Assembly: GCA_964388265.1 (NCBI GenBank)
Contig: CAYLXZ010000014.1
Span: 1-16,150, forward strand
DNA from: Candidatus Micrarchaeota archaeon
GTDB taxonomy: Archaea > B1Sed10-29
Length of the DNA stretch: 16,150 bases
Reading direction: 5' to 3'
Numbering within the stretch: position 1 is the stretch's first letter; each line of letters opens with the position of its first letter. This document shows, piece after piece, positions 1 to 7,033 of the stretch. The position numbers and the translations under genes were made by a program. Below the pieces are notes generated by a model. That model saw only the letters and a program-made list of their open reading frames with translations. It was not told the origin of the DNA and made no database searches.

Positions 1-42
1 TAAATAAAGTAGATGTATATTAAAAAACTATGTTTTTGGTTT

Positions 43-423
43 TTAGTTGCATTCGTATGTTTTGTTTTGTGTTGTGAATGAGATGTGTATGTTGGTTGAG
101 GTTGGGAGTTTTTCCTGTATCGTGGTGCATTTTGTGTTGTTTATTTCTTGTAGTTTCTGTAGGTCCAGTATCTGTGGGTTGTTTCCTCTTTGGTTTAGTG
201 TGAGGCCTATTTGGTTCACTTGGTTTATCTGTGTCCAGTTTGATGGGTTTCCTGGGGTCCTGGTTATTATCTGTCGGTGTAGTTTGGATTCTCTTGTGTA
301 TATGTCTTGGGTTTGTTTTATTCCTGCTAGTGGATAGGTTACTGTTGTCATGAAGGTTGTGTAGATTATTAGGAACATTATGATTGCGAGGAGGAAGTCG
401 TATTCTAGTTGTCCTTTCTTCAT
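43..423 (-). CDS. Type IV pilin-like protein with class III signal peptide
   Basis: N-terminus MKKG|QLEYDFLLAIIMFLIIY (basic residues, Gly, then a hydrophobic helix). Starts 3 bp after the platform gene stop, and two C-terminal Cys are present. Confidence 0.8.
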   Translation of the reverse strand: MKKGQLEYDFLLAIIMFLIIYTTFMTTVTYPLAGIKQTQDIYTRESKLHRQIITRTPGNPSNWTQINQVNQIGLTLNQRGNNPQILDLQKLQEINNTKCTTIQEKLPTSTNIHISFTTQNKTYECN

Positions 424-426
424 GGG

Positions 427-1698
427 TTATTGACCTCCTCTTAGGGCTTCTGCTGATCCTTCTCCTTGTCCTCCTGATTCTCCTCCTAGTATTATTGTGT
501 ATTGTCCTTCTCCTTCTCCTTTTACTTTTACCCTTACGTCTGAGATTTTGTTTACCTTTATCTGGTTTCCTGATACTTCTAGGTCTCCTCTTGTGCATGG
601 TTCGCAGCTGAGTGGTTTGAATAGTAAGTCTTCACCTTTTATTTGTTGATGACTTTCTTTTCCTTCTTGTTCTGCTTTTTCTCTTACTAGTTGAGCTATT
701 TCTTCTGTGGTTACGGTGTGTTGTATTGTTAGTACTGCTTCGGATGACTCCATCTGTTGGGTGTTTGTGGGTATTTTGAGTATTTCGTTGGATACTGTGT
801 CTTTGAACCTTGGTGATACTAGGAAGAACTGGAATACTAGTAGGGTTGTTACTATGAGTATGATGGAGTGTTTTACTCCGGCTAGTACTCGTCCTGATCC
901 CATTTGTCCTGCTATTAGCCCTGCGAATAGTGCTTCTATTAGTGATAGGTGGAAGAATAGGTTCTTGAAGTCTCTTGGTGACATGTCGCTTGGGCTTCCT
1001 CCTACTACTGATGCGGCTTTGTTGAGGTCGGGTGTTGCTGGTACGAAGCTTACTACGAGGGCTACGATTATACCTAGGAATAGGAAGAATATAAAGTATA
1101 TTGAGACGAGGTAAACCCTTAGTTTGCTTTTTCTCTGAGTCCTTAACCTTCTTAGTGCTCTCATATCTTTGGATACTGTTTCTAGGACTTCTGCTATGTC
1201 TCCTCCAGACCTATGGCTTTCTACTACGATTGTTATTGCTCTGTTTACGACGTCGCTGTTTGATCTGTCTGCGAATTTCTGCATGGCTTCGTTGAAGGGT
1301 ATTCCCCAGCTTATTTGTGCTGCTGTTTTCTCCATTTCATCGGAGAGTGGTCCGTAGCTTCCTCTTGATGCTGATTCTATTGCTTTGGGGAGGGCCATTC
1401 CGGCTCTTAGTGATTCTGAAACGTCTCTGAGGTAGTCTGGTAGATATTTCTCTATTTTTCTTTTTCTTCTGTACATCCAGTACCTGTACATGGAGTAGGG
1501 GGATCCAGCTACCAAGGTTGATATTATTATTGTTATTTGGAATGTTTCTGTTCCAAAGAGGAATATGAAGGATAGGAATAGGGTTATTATCCCGGTTGCT
1601 GTTGCTCCTATGACTAGGATTTGGAATGTGGATAGTTCTTTTATTTTTTTTGTTAGGCTTTTGGTGTTTAGGCTTTTGTCCAGGTCTGGTGTCTTCAT
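427..1698 (-). CDS. Type II/IV secretion system F-family platform protein (TadC/PilC/FlaJ-like) with C-terminal extension
   Basis: T2SSF-like segment IEKYLPDYLRDVSESLRAGMALPKAI...YGPLSDEM...GIPFNEAM...SGGDIAEVL, several TM helices and GLIAGQMGSG...AGVKHS. Overlaps the upstream gene by 1 nt. Confidence 0.9.
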   Translation of the reverse strand: MKTPDLDKSLNTKSLTKKIKELSTFQILVIGATATGIITLFLSFIFLFGTETFQITIIISTLVAGSPYSMYRYWMYRRKRKIEKYLPDYLRDVSESLRAGMALPKAIESASRGSYGPLSDEMEKTAAQISWGIPFNEAMQKFADRSNSDVVNRAITIVVESHRSGGDIAEVLETVSKDMRALRRLRTQRKSKLRVYLVSIYFIFFLFLGIIVALVVSFVPATPDLNKAASVVGGSPSDMSPRDFKNLFFHLSLIEALFAGLIAGQMGSGRVLAGVKHSIILIVTTLLVFQFFLVSPRFKDTVSNEILKIPTNTQQMESSEAVLTIQHTVTTEEIAQLVREKAEQEGKESHQQIKGEDLLFKPLSCEPCTRGDLEVSGNQIKVNKISDVRVKVKGEGEGQYTIILGGESGGQGEGSAEALRGGQ

Positions 1699-2603
1699 TA
1701 TATTCCTCCGGAGGGTTTGGCTCCTTCAATCATGACCATGAACCCTATTGATAGTATTGGTAGCATTATGTAGGTTAGGAAGCTCAGTGTTGGGTGTAGG
1801 GGGAATGGTAGTCCTCCCATTGTTCCCATTACTGTTAGCATTATGATTGCTAGTATTGGTCCTGCTACGAATACGGTGGTGTATATCTCTGCCATTACTT
1901 CGAGTGAGTCTATGAACTCTCTTTCTTTGGTTTCTTGTTTATCCATGAATTCGTCTGCTTTTTGGAGTAGGAAGTCTCTTTCGCTTCCTCCTGTTCTTGT
2001 GATTGCTACTATTCCCCATAGTAGGTCTTTGAATGAGGATGATGGTGTTTTTTTCGCGGCTTCTGAGACTGCTGTGATGGTGTCGTATCCGAATACGTCT
2101 ATGTTTCTCCCTATTCTCTTGCATTCGTTTGCTACTTGTCCGTATTTTTCGAATCTTCCGATTATTTTGAATACTTTGAATATTGGTACTCCTGTTCCTG
2201 CTATGGTGGCCATATGGGCTGTTGCGTAGGGTAAGTGTCTTTCTATTGATTCTCTCATTCTATCTAGCCTGTAGGAGGGGTAGGCTATGAATGTGAATAG
2301 GATCAGCCCTACGTATACTGCTGTTAAGGCTATGCTTAGTGTTATTCCTCCTATGCCTTGCGCTATGAATGGGTTTACTAGTAGGAAGTGTAGAAATAGG
2401 AATGCGAATGGTGTGGTTATCATCATGGTGAATAGGGCTGTTGCTACGTATTCTTCTGTTGTTACGAATAGCCTGGCTCTGTGTAGTGTGGATTTTAGGG
2501 GTTCTATGGTGTCTCTTAACCATTGGATTTTGAGTAGCCCCATTCTTTTTATCACTTTGTAGGAGAGTATTCTGTAGGACCGGGTCATTATAGGGTTTTT
2601 CAT
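1698..2603 (-). CDS. Type II/IV secretion system F-family platform protein (TadB/PilC/FlaJ-like)
   Basis: IERHLPYATAHMATIAGTG...YGQVANE...GYDTITAV...TPSSSFKDLLWG...TGG and LEVMAEIYTTVFVAGP. Lies directly downstream of the ATPase. Confidence 0.9.
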   Translation of the reverse strand: MKNPIMTRSYRILSYKVIKRMGLLKIQWLRDTIEPLKSTLHRARLFVTTEEYVATALFTMMITTPFAFLFLHFLLVNPFIAQGIGGITLSIALTAVYVGLILFTFIAYPSYRLDRMRESIERHLPYATAHMATIAGTGVPIFKVFKIIGRFEKYGQVANECKRIGRNIDVFGYDTITAVSEAAKKTPSSSFKDLLWGIVAITRTGGSERDFLLQKADEFMDKQETKEREFIDSLEVMAEIYTTVFVAGPILAIIMLTVMGTMGGLPFPLHPTLSFLTYIMLPILSIGFMVMIEGAKPSGGI

Positions 2604-2606
2604 GGT

Positions 2607-5600
2607 TTATTCCTCTACTTTTTCCTCTCTCACCTTTTTCATTACTTCTTCGGGGTCGCTGTGGTATCTTGAGATTATTCTTCCTACTTCTTCGAATTCT
2701 GTTATGTCTTTTTCCTGCATCCACTTTAATACGGCTGCTCTTCTTTGCATTTCGTCCCATACGCTTTCTTTTGTAACTCCTTTTTCTTCTTTAACTTCTT
2801 TTAGTATGTAGCTTTCTTCTGAGGAGAATTCGAAGTAGTCTTCTGAGGGTATGTAGGTGAATAGTTCGTTGGTTATTGGTCTTCCGGTGTCTAGGTCTAT
2901 GTCCACTATTTCTACTACTTTTCTTACTCTTCTTACGTCCATTCCTTCTACTTTTGCGAATCCCATTATCATAATGAGATCTAGGTGTTGGAGTAGTCCT
3001 GGGGATAGGTTGATAGGAGGTGTCTTTAATCTGTTTATTACGGCGTCTACGCTGTCTGCGTGGATAGTTGAGAGTCCTGGGTGTCCTGTGTTATGTAGCA
3101 TTATCCCTCCTGATCCTCCTATGAAGTTCTGGGGGCCTGGGATGTTTAAGTCGTATACTGGCTCTGGTTCTTCTAGTTTTATCTCTTCTATTTCTTTTAC
3201 TGGGTCTCCGTAGACTTCTTTATCTATTCTTCCGCTGGGTTTCTTCTCTCTTGTAAGATTTATCTCTTTGTTTATTGGGTTTATGTGTTCTTGGAATTTT
3301 TCCTGGTCTTCTCTGCTGTAGAATTCGACTTGGTATATGTTTTTTTCTTCTCTATGGTATTTATGGGCTACTATTCCGTATTGGAGTAACATATGCATCA
3401 CTTGGTCTGCTAGTTCTTCTGAAGAGGTTGAGTACTGGAAGTTTTTCCTTGTGCAGGATCCGTCTCCTGTCCATAGCGCGGATAGAAGTTCATTTATTTT
3501 TTCTTTGGATAACCCAAAGATGAATTGGGGTATGCGTTTTTCTTTTGATCCATGTCCACATTTTTGTTTTAGGAACTCGTAGATTACTTTATGGTTGAAT
3601 GCTAGTTCTATTGCGTCTCCGTATCCTCCTACTTTTCTTCTTGTTGGTTCTTTGCCTGTCACTGTCTTTATGCATTTCTCCATATCTTTTAATACATCTT
3701 CATCACTGTTGTATAGTTGTATAGTGTTGTTTTTTCGTGCTGTGTTTAGTGATCCTTCTGATATGTAGTATCCTATTAGTCTAAGTAGCTCTGGCGTTAT
3801 TTCTAGTTTTGCTGGGTGTTTCTCACTTCTTCTTTCGAATTTCACTTCTGTTTCTGCTGGGTCATTGGTTATTCCAGCTTTTTCTAGGAGTTTGAAGTAC
3901 TGTGGTGCTTTTAATGCTGATATTGTGTTTTCTCCGTAGTAGTCGGATATTGTGGCTACTTCTGCTGTGTCTCCTGCTTTTCTCCATCCTATTTTCTCTG
4001 AGGCTTTTTTAACGTATTTCGGTGCCTTGACTCTTACGTCTCCGAGTTCTTTCGCTAGATTTAGGTATTCTTTATCTGCGTATCCTGTAGGTGCTTTTGC
4101 GGGTACTGCTAGGTTTTCTCCTTCTTCTAGTTCCGTGGTTTGTTTTTCTTTTACTTCTCCTTTTTCTTTGACGAATACTGAGTGGTCTCCTGTTACTGTT
4201 ACTTCTCTTCCTGTTGCTGTTTTGATTTTGTAGAGTTTTCCTCTTGGTTCGTGTTCTACGCATGCTTTTATGGGCTTTATTTTAACTTTCTTTGTTTCTG
4301 GGTTGATTGAAAGTGTTTTGTATCCTTTGAGGTCTTTGTTTTTCAGTTTCTCTATTTGAATGTGTTCGGTTTTTCCCTCTGGGTTTATGACCATGACTTT
4401 TTCATTTCCTCTGAGTGATGCCATTCCTTGGAATAGGTTGTAGGCTTCTTCTCCTCTAACTTCTCCTACGATTATTTCGTCTGGTCTTTCTCTTAGTCCT
4501 GATTTTATTAGGTCGAACATGGATATTTCTCCTTTTTCTTCTCCTCTTGAACCTGTTGCTGTTGCTATCTTGCTTATCCAGTGTTCATGTGGGAGGCGAA
4601 TTTCGGGGGTGTCTTCTATGCTTAGTATTTTCCTGTCTCGTGGTAGGAACATGCTTAGGGAGTTTAGTGCTGCGGTTTTTCCTGTTGCTGTTCCTCCTGA
4701 GACTAGTGCGGAGTTTCTGTTTTCTATTGCGAGCCAGAGGTATGCTCCCATGAGGGCTGGGATGGTTCCGAAGTTCATTTGATCTATGATTGTTAGTGGT
4801 TCTTCCATGAATTTCCTGATTGTGAAGTTTGATCCTTTCATTGCTATTTCTTTTCCTGCTGCGTATGTGGCTTGTACTCTGGATCCGCCCGGTAGTGCTC
4901 CTTGTAGTAGTGGGTCTGCGACTGATATGTGTTTCCCGGTTCTTTGTGCGAGTTTTGTTACGAACCTGTCGAGTTCGTCGCTGTCTTCATAGACTAGATT
5001 GGTTTTTAGCGATCCTAGTCTTCTGTGGTATACGTATATTGGTATTCCTACTCCATCGCAGGATAGGTCTTCTAGATCTGGGTCGTGCATCAATGGCTCT
5101 ATTTTTTCTAGTCCTAGGAAGTTTCTGTATACGTAGTATAGTAGTTTATCGTACTGTGATTTGGTTAGCGAGATCTCGTAGTCTTTTATTACTTGTTCTA
5201 TTTTTTCATCTAGGTATTCTTTGACGTTTCCTTTCTCTGTTACTTTCATTAGGTTTACGTCTAGCACGTCTATGAGTATTTCGTTCACTCTGTCTAGTTT
5301 TTCTTCTTCTTCAGGTGTTAGTGGTGGTTCTAGCACGTTGTAGATGAGTCTTTCTTGGTCTTCGTTCCATTTTATCCTGGCGTATGCCCATGGTTTGATT
5401 AGTTCGTATCTTTTGTCCACGTCTTCTAGGTCTGGTGGTTCCCAGGTTGGTGTTATCTTTTTCTTTGTGGCTCCTGGTATGGATAGTAGTTGGTCTGGTC
5501 CTCCTTGGATTTCTTGTATGGATGTGGTGTTTTCTATTTTTCTTTTTGACTTTACTTTCCTGGTTACTTCGGGCCATTTCCACATTTCGGGTTTTTCTTC

Positions 5601-5867
5601 TCTTTTTTTCACTTCTTCTGGTTTTTCGAATCCTCCTTCCCCTTTCTTTTCATCCATCTCTTGATATAGTTGCTTGATTGTTTTTCCTTGTTCTTCTACT
5701 TGTTTCATTTCTTTTTTCTTTGGTTTTTCTGGGGTTTGTGGTCTTTGTTTTTCTTTTTCTTGTCTTTTTTTCTTTCTTTTGTTCATTTTCTCTATGAATT
5801 CATCGTGTTTTCTTTCGTTTTCTTGAATTTTCCTTCCTGCTTTCTTCATCACGTCTTTAAGCGTCAC
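2607..5867 (-). CDS. Type IV pilus assembly ATPase (VirB11/FlaI/CpaF family), intein-containing; about 643 aa after splicing
   Basis: Walker A GGTATGKT, Asp box SIEDTPEI, LRERPDEIIVGEVRG Walker B and His box TGHPGLSTIHA. GTG start preceded by GGTGA. Confidence 0.95.
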   Translation of the reverse strand: MTLKDVMKKAGRKIQENERKHDEFIEKMNKRKKKRQEKEKQRPQTPEKPKKKEMKQVEEQGKTIKQLYQEMDEKKGEGGFEKPEEVKKREEKPEMWKWPEVTRKVKSKRKIENTTSIQEIQGGPDQLLSIPGATKKKITPTWEPPDLEDVDKRYELIKPWAYARIKWNEDQERLIYNVLEPPLTPEEEEKLDRVNEILIDVLDVNLMKVTEKGNVKEYLDEKIEQVIKDYEISLTKSQYDKLLYYVYRNFLGLEKIEPLMHDPDLEDLSCDGVGIPIYVYHRRLGSLKTNLVYEDSDELDRFVTKLAQRTGKHISVADPLLQGALPGGSRVQATYAAGKEIAMKGSNFTIRKFMEEPLTIIDQMNFGTIPALMGAYLWLAIENRNSALVSGGTATGKTAALNSLSMFLPRDRKILSIEDTPEIRLPHEHWISKIATATGSRGEEKGEISMFDLIKSGLRERPDEIIVGEVRGEEAYNLFQGMASLRGNEKVMVINPEGKTEHIQIEKLKNKDLKGYKTLSINPETKKVKIKPIKACVEHEPRGKLYKIKTATGREVTVTGDHSVFVKEKGEVKEKQTTELEEGENLAVPAKAPTGYADKEYLNLAKELGDVRVKAPKYVKKASEKIGWRKAGDTAEVATISDYYGENTISALKAPQYFKLLEKAGITNDPAETEVKFERRSEKHPAKLEITPELLRLIGYYISEGSLNTARKNNTIQLYNSDEDVLKDMEKCIKTVTGKEPTRRKVGGYGDAIELAFNHKVIYEFLKQKCGHGSKEKRIPQFIFGLSKEKINELLSALWTGDGSCTRKNFQYSTSSEELADQVMHMLLQYGIVAHKYHREEKNIYQVEFYSREDQEKFQEHINPINKEINLTREKKPSGRIDKEVYGDPVKEIEEIKLEEPEPVYDLNIPGPQNFIGGSGGIMLHNTGHPGLSTIHADSVDAVINRLKTPPINLSPGLLQHLDLIMIMGFAKVEGMDVRRVRKVVEIVDIDLDTGRPITNELFTYIPSEDYFEFSSEESYILKEVKEEKGVTKESVWDEMQRRAAVLKWMQEKDITEFEEVGRIISRYHSDPEEVMKKVREEKVEE
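3090..4418 (-). mobile_element. Intein with LAGLIDADG homing endonuclease (443 aa, residues 484-926)
   Basis: Begins SLRGNEKV (Ser1). Has block B VTVTGDHSVF, LAGLIDADG-like LIGYYISEGS and LSALWTGDGS, block F VYDLNI and C-terminal MLHN followed by Thr+1. Removing it restores FQGMA-TGH. Confidence 0.93.
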
Positions 5868-6300
5868 AGTCTCTCACCAGTTTCACGTTTGTTTGGGTTG
5901 AGTTTGTTTTGTTGAAGGTCATGCATCTTTCTCCTGGGAGTGCTTCTCCTGTTGCGTTGATCCAGCTGCATTTTAGCTGGGGTTTTAGGGTGCTGGTTTC
6001 TGTTCTTCTTGGGGATGATACGTTGACTAGTACTTCGTTGTTTTGGCATTCTAGTTCTACTGTGTATCCTTGTTCTATGAGTGGGAGGTGTAGTCTTTTT
6101 TGTATGGTTGTGTTGTATTCGTACATCATCCTCAGGCCCTGTGTAAGTGTATCTGCTGTGTGTTGTGCTATTTTCTCTATTTTTTCTTGGTGTAGTGATT
6201 TTCTCACGGAGTCTGCTTCGGCTTGTATCGTGAAGAAGGCTGCTGTTAGGATTACTCCCATTATTGCGTATCTTATGGTCACGGAAACACTTACTACCAT
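5857..6300 (-). CDS. Minor pilin-like / single-TM protein of the pilus operon
   Basis: N-terminal hydrophobic stretch followed by an amphipathic helix and a beta-rich domain with four Cys. Its stop overlaps the ATPase start. No basic leader precedes the hydrophobic segment. Confidence 0.7.
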   Translation of the reverse strand: MVVSVSVTIRYAIMGVILTAAFFTIQAEADSVRKSLHQEKIEKIAQHTADTLTQGLRMMYEYNTTIQKRLHLPLIEQGYTVELECQNNEVLVNVSSPRRTETSTLKPQLKCSWINATGEALPGERCMTFNKTNSTQTNVKLVRDCDA

Positions 6301-6391
6301 TTTGTTTTAACCTTGGGTTTTTTCTCTTTGTTTCGTGTGTGTAATTAAAGGTGTTTCCCATAAATAGTTTTTCCTTTATTGGGGTGGTTTT

Positions 6392-6451
6392 TCAGCAGAA
6401 GTCAATGCTTACTATTGGTGTTCCGTTTTGGCTTATGCCTTGTTTTTCTAT
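6392..6451 (-). pseudogene. Orphan copy of the 3' end of the LamG adhesin gene (...IEKQGISQNGTPIVSIDFC*)
   Basis: 6392-6431 matches 9200-9239 at 39/40 nt, and the match is about 53/60 over 6392-6451 vs 9200-9259. It includes the stop codon. Confidence 0.85.
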
Positions 6452-6472
6452 GGTTATAGGAATGGTATTTAA

Positions 6473-6935
6473 CTTTTGACTGAGAAATCCTTGGGCTTCA
6501 GCCTAATGGATGAATCAGCCAATGTATTGAGGAGCATAATGATTTAAAAAGGCTGTGGGTTAATTGTAATTAACTGAAGGCCGTTGGAAAAGAATTAAGT
6601 ATTGTTAGTTCCTAATAAAATACGAGTGGTTGGATCTGCTCGGGATATGGGAAAGCCTCAAGTTCTCAAGCTGGATGAGAGCATCAGAGCAGTGGAGAAT
6701 AAATCCTTCACTGAACATAGATAGCCTCTTCTCATATTGAGGGTGCTGTGACAGCGCCCGAAACCATTACTGTTGACCCAGTTCCCTGTATATCAAAGCT
6801 GACGAGGTAGATGGTAACCGTAAATGGTGAGCGTCTCACCACCACAGAGATGTGGTTTTCCATCAGGTAACTCGAAACCAAATGATACGAGTGAATAGAT
6901 GGAAGCCCCGACCTTCAGGTCGGGGAGGATGTCAC
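6473..6935 (+). mobile_element. Non-autonomous IS200/IS605-family element (463 bp, no TnpA or TnpB ORF)
   Basis: Preceded by TTTAA. Left-end hairpin TTGACTGA-GAA-ATCCTTGGGC-TTCA-GCCTAATGGAT-GAA-TCAGCCAA (6476-6522). Right end GGAAGCCCCGACC-TTCA-GGTCGGGGAGGATGTCAC (6901-6935) is typical of tnpB-element right ends. A second copy of the ends at 8335-8380 supports the boundaries. Confidence 0.8.
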
Positions 6936-6955
6936 GTAGATCCAAAGGTTTAAAT
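6741..6955 (+). ncRNA. Putative TnpB omegaRNA-like structured RNA (scaffold to 6935 plus about 20-nt flank-derived guide)
   Basis: Stems at GGGTGCTG/CAGCGCCC (6741-6759); GATGG/CCATC (6810-6864) enclosing GGTGAG/CTCACC and ACCACA-GAGA-TGTGGT; ACTCG/CGAGT (6870-6892); and the terminal right-end hairpin. The 5' boundary is uncertain. Confidence 0.5.
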
Positions 6956-6956
6956 A
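6943..6956 (+). promoter_or_regulatory. Archaeal BRE/TATA promoter for the AAA ATPase gene
   Basis: CAAAGG-TTTAAATA, an identical 14-mer to 8419-8432. Confidence 0.7.
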
Positions 6957-6969
6957 CCAAGTCCACTTT

Positions 6970-7033
6970 AATTGAGATGTTGTTAATAATAACCGACCTG
7001 AAATTGAGATATTATGAATAATAACCGACCTGA
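6970..7033 (+). repeat. Tandem 2 x 32-bp repeat spanning the AAA ATPase start codon
   Basis: AATTGAGATgttgttAATAATAACCGACCTGA and AATTGAGATattatgAATAATAACCGACCTGA, 29/32 identical. Confidence 0.9.

Noticed and set aside
427..5867. Archaellum (flaI/flaJ) operon
   Set aside because: No archaellin, FlaH, FlaF or FlaG is recognisable. Two platform genes plus pilins fit a type IV pilus, so no fla/arl symbols were assigned.
20..6361. Many alternate-frame and antisense ORFs (e.g. 20-598, 1337-1729, 2260-2760, 5864-6361)
   Set aside because: They overlap well-supported genes, are low-complexity (K/R/N/T or L/F/V/S rich), and are expected from the strand bias that depletes stop codons.
6523..6900. 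Group I intron (IStron) or tnpB remnant inside the IS element
   Set aside because: I could not find group I P7 core motifs. The short reading frame at about 6603-6724 shows no RuvC or zinc-finger motifs.
6970..7033. CRISPR array
   Set aside because: Only two adjacent units with no spacer and no cas genes. The same applies to the repeats at 14378 and 15831.
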